This document shows positions 43,978 through 44,769 of a DNA stretch of 44,769 bases, piece by piece. The stretch comes from a virus. Taxonomy: Duplodnaviria; Caudoviricetes. Within the stretch, counting starts at the first letter, position 1. Every line of letters begins with the position of its first letter. The stretch spans positions 1 to 44,769 of the IMG/VR virus record IMGVR_UViG_3300032224_000682. One strand, given 5' to 3'. The notes under the pieces are model-generated. The model searched no databases. It saw nothing but the letters and a program-made list of their open reading frames with translations, and was not told the DNA's origin. The translations under genes were made by a program, and so were the position numbers.

Positions 43978-44165
43978 TAGATACCCCTCCTTGCGCGATT
44001 GAGAGCTGCGCGGCATTGCATCATCAAGAGCGTGTCACCGTCACCATAAGCATCAAGAACAGCCTCTAATGCTTCCATCATTTCTCTCCTTGAGGACTCG
44101 CCGGATAGTGGTGAGTCCTTGAATCTGAATAGTGGTTTCTGTTTATGTAGTGTGTGTGTTCTCAT
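43977..44165 (-). CDS. Hypothetical protein
   Basis: 62 aa, EMMEALE..RAALNRARRG. Confidence 0.55.
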   Translation of the reverse strand: MRTHTLHKQKPLFRFKDSPLSGESSRREMMEALEAVLDAYGDGDTLLMMQCRAALNRARRGI

Positions 44166-44299
44166 TTCTTGTTTTTCTTCTGTGGTTTAGGATAATACGA
44201 TGACTTGTATTTAGGTTCTTGGTTATTGCAGTTGCGGATGATTCTGATGTATGCCTCTGGATCGAGGCAAGTGTGTTGTGTTTTTTCTATTGCGCTCAT
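44162..44299 (-). CDS. Small hypothetical protein (45 aa)
   Basis: MSAIEKTQHTCLDPEAY..., ATGA overlap with the next gene. Confidence 0.45.
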   Translation of the reverse strand: MSAIEKTQHTCLDPEAYIRIIRNCNNQEPKYKSSYYPKPQKKNKK

Positions 44300-44301
44300 A
44301 A

Positions 44302-44526
44302 TCAATCGCAGTAACACGTTGCATTACACATATAAACGTATAAGTCACCGACCTTTTCTTCCTGGCATGAGAAGTCTTGTCCGTCCATACCGTGAACCTG
44401 ACCGATTGACCTTGCGCCGGATTTTGTAATCTGACGTGTCGTTTTTACAACGAACTCATACCATTCCGTGTTACCAGAAGATGATACTGATGTTCTTTCA
44501 CCATCGAATTGAATTGTGTTATTCAT
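44302..44526 (-). CDS. Hypothetical protein
   Basis: 74 aa from MNNTIQ, preceded by AAACACAAAACACAC. Confidence 0.55.
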   Translation of the reverse strand: MNNTIQFDGERTSVSSSGNTEWYEFVVKTTRQITKSGARSIGQVHGMDGQDFSCQEEKVGDLYVYMCNATCYCD

Positions 44527-44545
44527 GTGTGTTTTGTGTTTGTTT

Positions 44546-44562
44546 CTGTCAGAATCTGACAG
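44546..44562. promoter_or_regulatory. Perfect 17-bp palindrome (operator candidate)
   Basis: CTGTCAGA-A-TCTGACAG about 20 nt upstream of the minus-strand gene block. Confidence 0.45.
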
Positions 44563-44769
44563 TTTCCGGCATGATTGCCAGACTTCTACGCACTCCATGG
44601 AATGCGTAGAGTGTCTGACTACTTCCAGACCTTTCCAATACGCTCTAATTCGCGCCACATTGGTTTAAATTTTGCGCCCTTCAGACATGCCAGAATTAGG
44701 CTCGGGGGTAATTACCGGCTGGCCATCCACCAGGGCGGGCATAATTTCGGCGTCGTCGGCGGCCAGCTC

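Noticed and set aside
1-44769. Integrase, DNA polymerase, reverse transcriptase or diversity-generating retroelement
   Set aside because: No such motifs and no template/variable repeat pair seen; lifestyle cannot be determined from this window

Overview
This window is most of a tailed dsDNA phage genome with podovirus-like gene content. It is AT-rich, most genes lack a Shine-Dalgarno site, and several have promoter-like hexamers just before the start codon; a PVC-superphylum host is a weak inference. Left to right: internal virion/ejection genes including a 3215-aa polyvalent protein (GNAT, SAM-methyltransferase, HExxH peptidase and ADP-ribosyltransferase-like domains); a coupled glycosyltransferase/methyltransferase cluster; an inverted terminase large subunit; portal, scaffold and major capsid; collagen-like fibres; lysis genes; a minus-strand nuclease block (RusA, HNH); a DNA-modification block; replication/recombination genes; a TerS-like gene; and minus-strand small genes. 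Most striking: (1) two genes nested in the giant virion gene without breaking its frame, a codon-aligned antisense Zn-finger HNH endonuclease with its own embedded promoter and a small basic MPLKK protein in another sense frame; (2) a C5 methyltransferase split between two ~480-aa fully overlapping frames, the second carrying motif IX and six WxTP-type repeats; (3) a minimal DpdA-like + QueF-like + QueD 7-deazaguanine module; (4) candidate structured RNA leaders before the replication initiator and the capsid gene; (5) a symmetric overlapping divergent promoter pair. All calls come from reading motifs by eye; no database searches were run.
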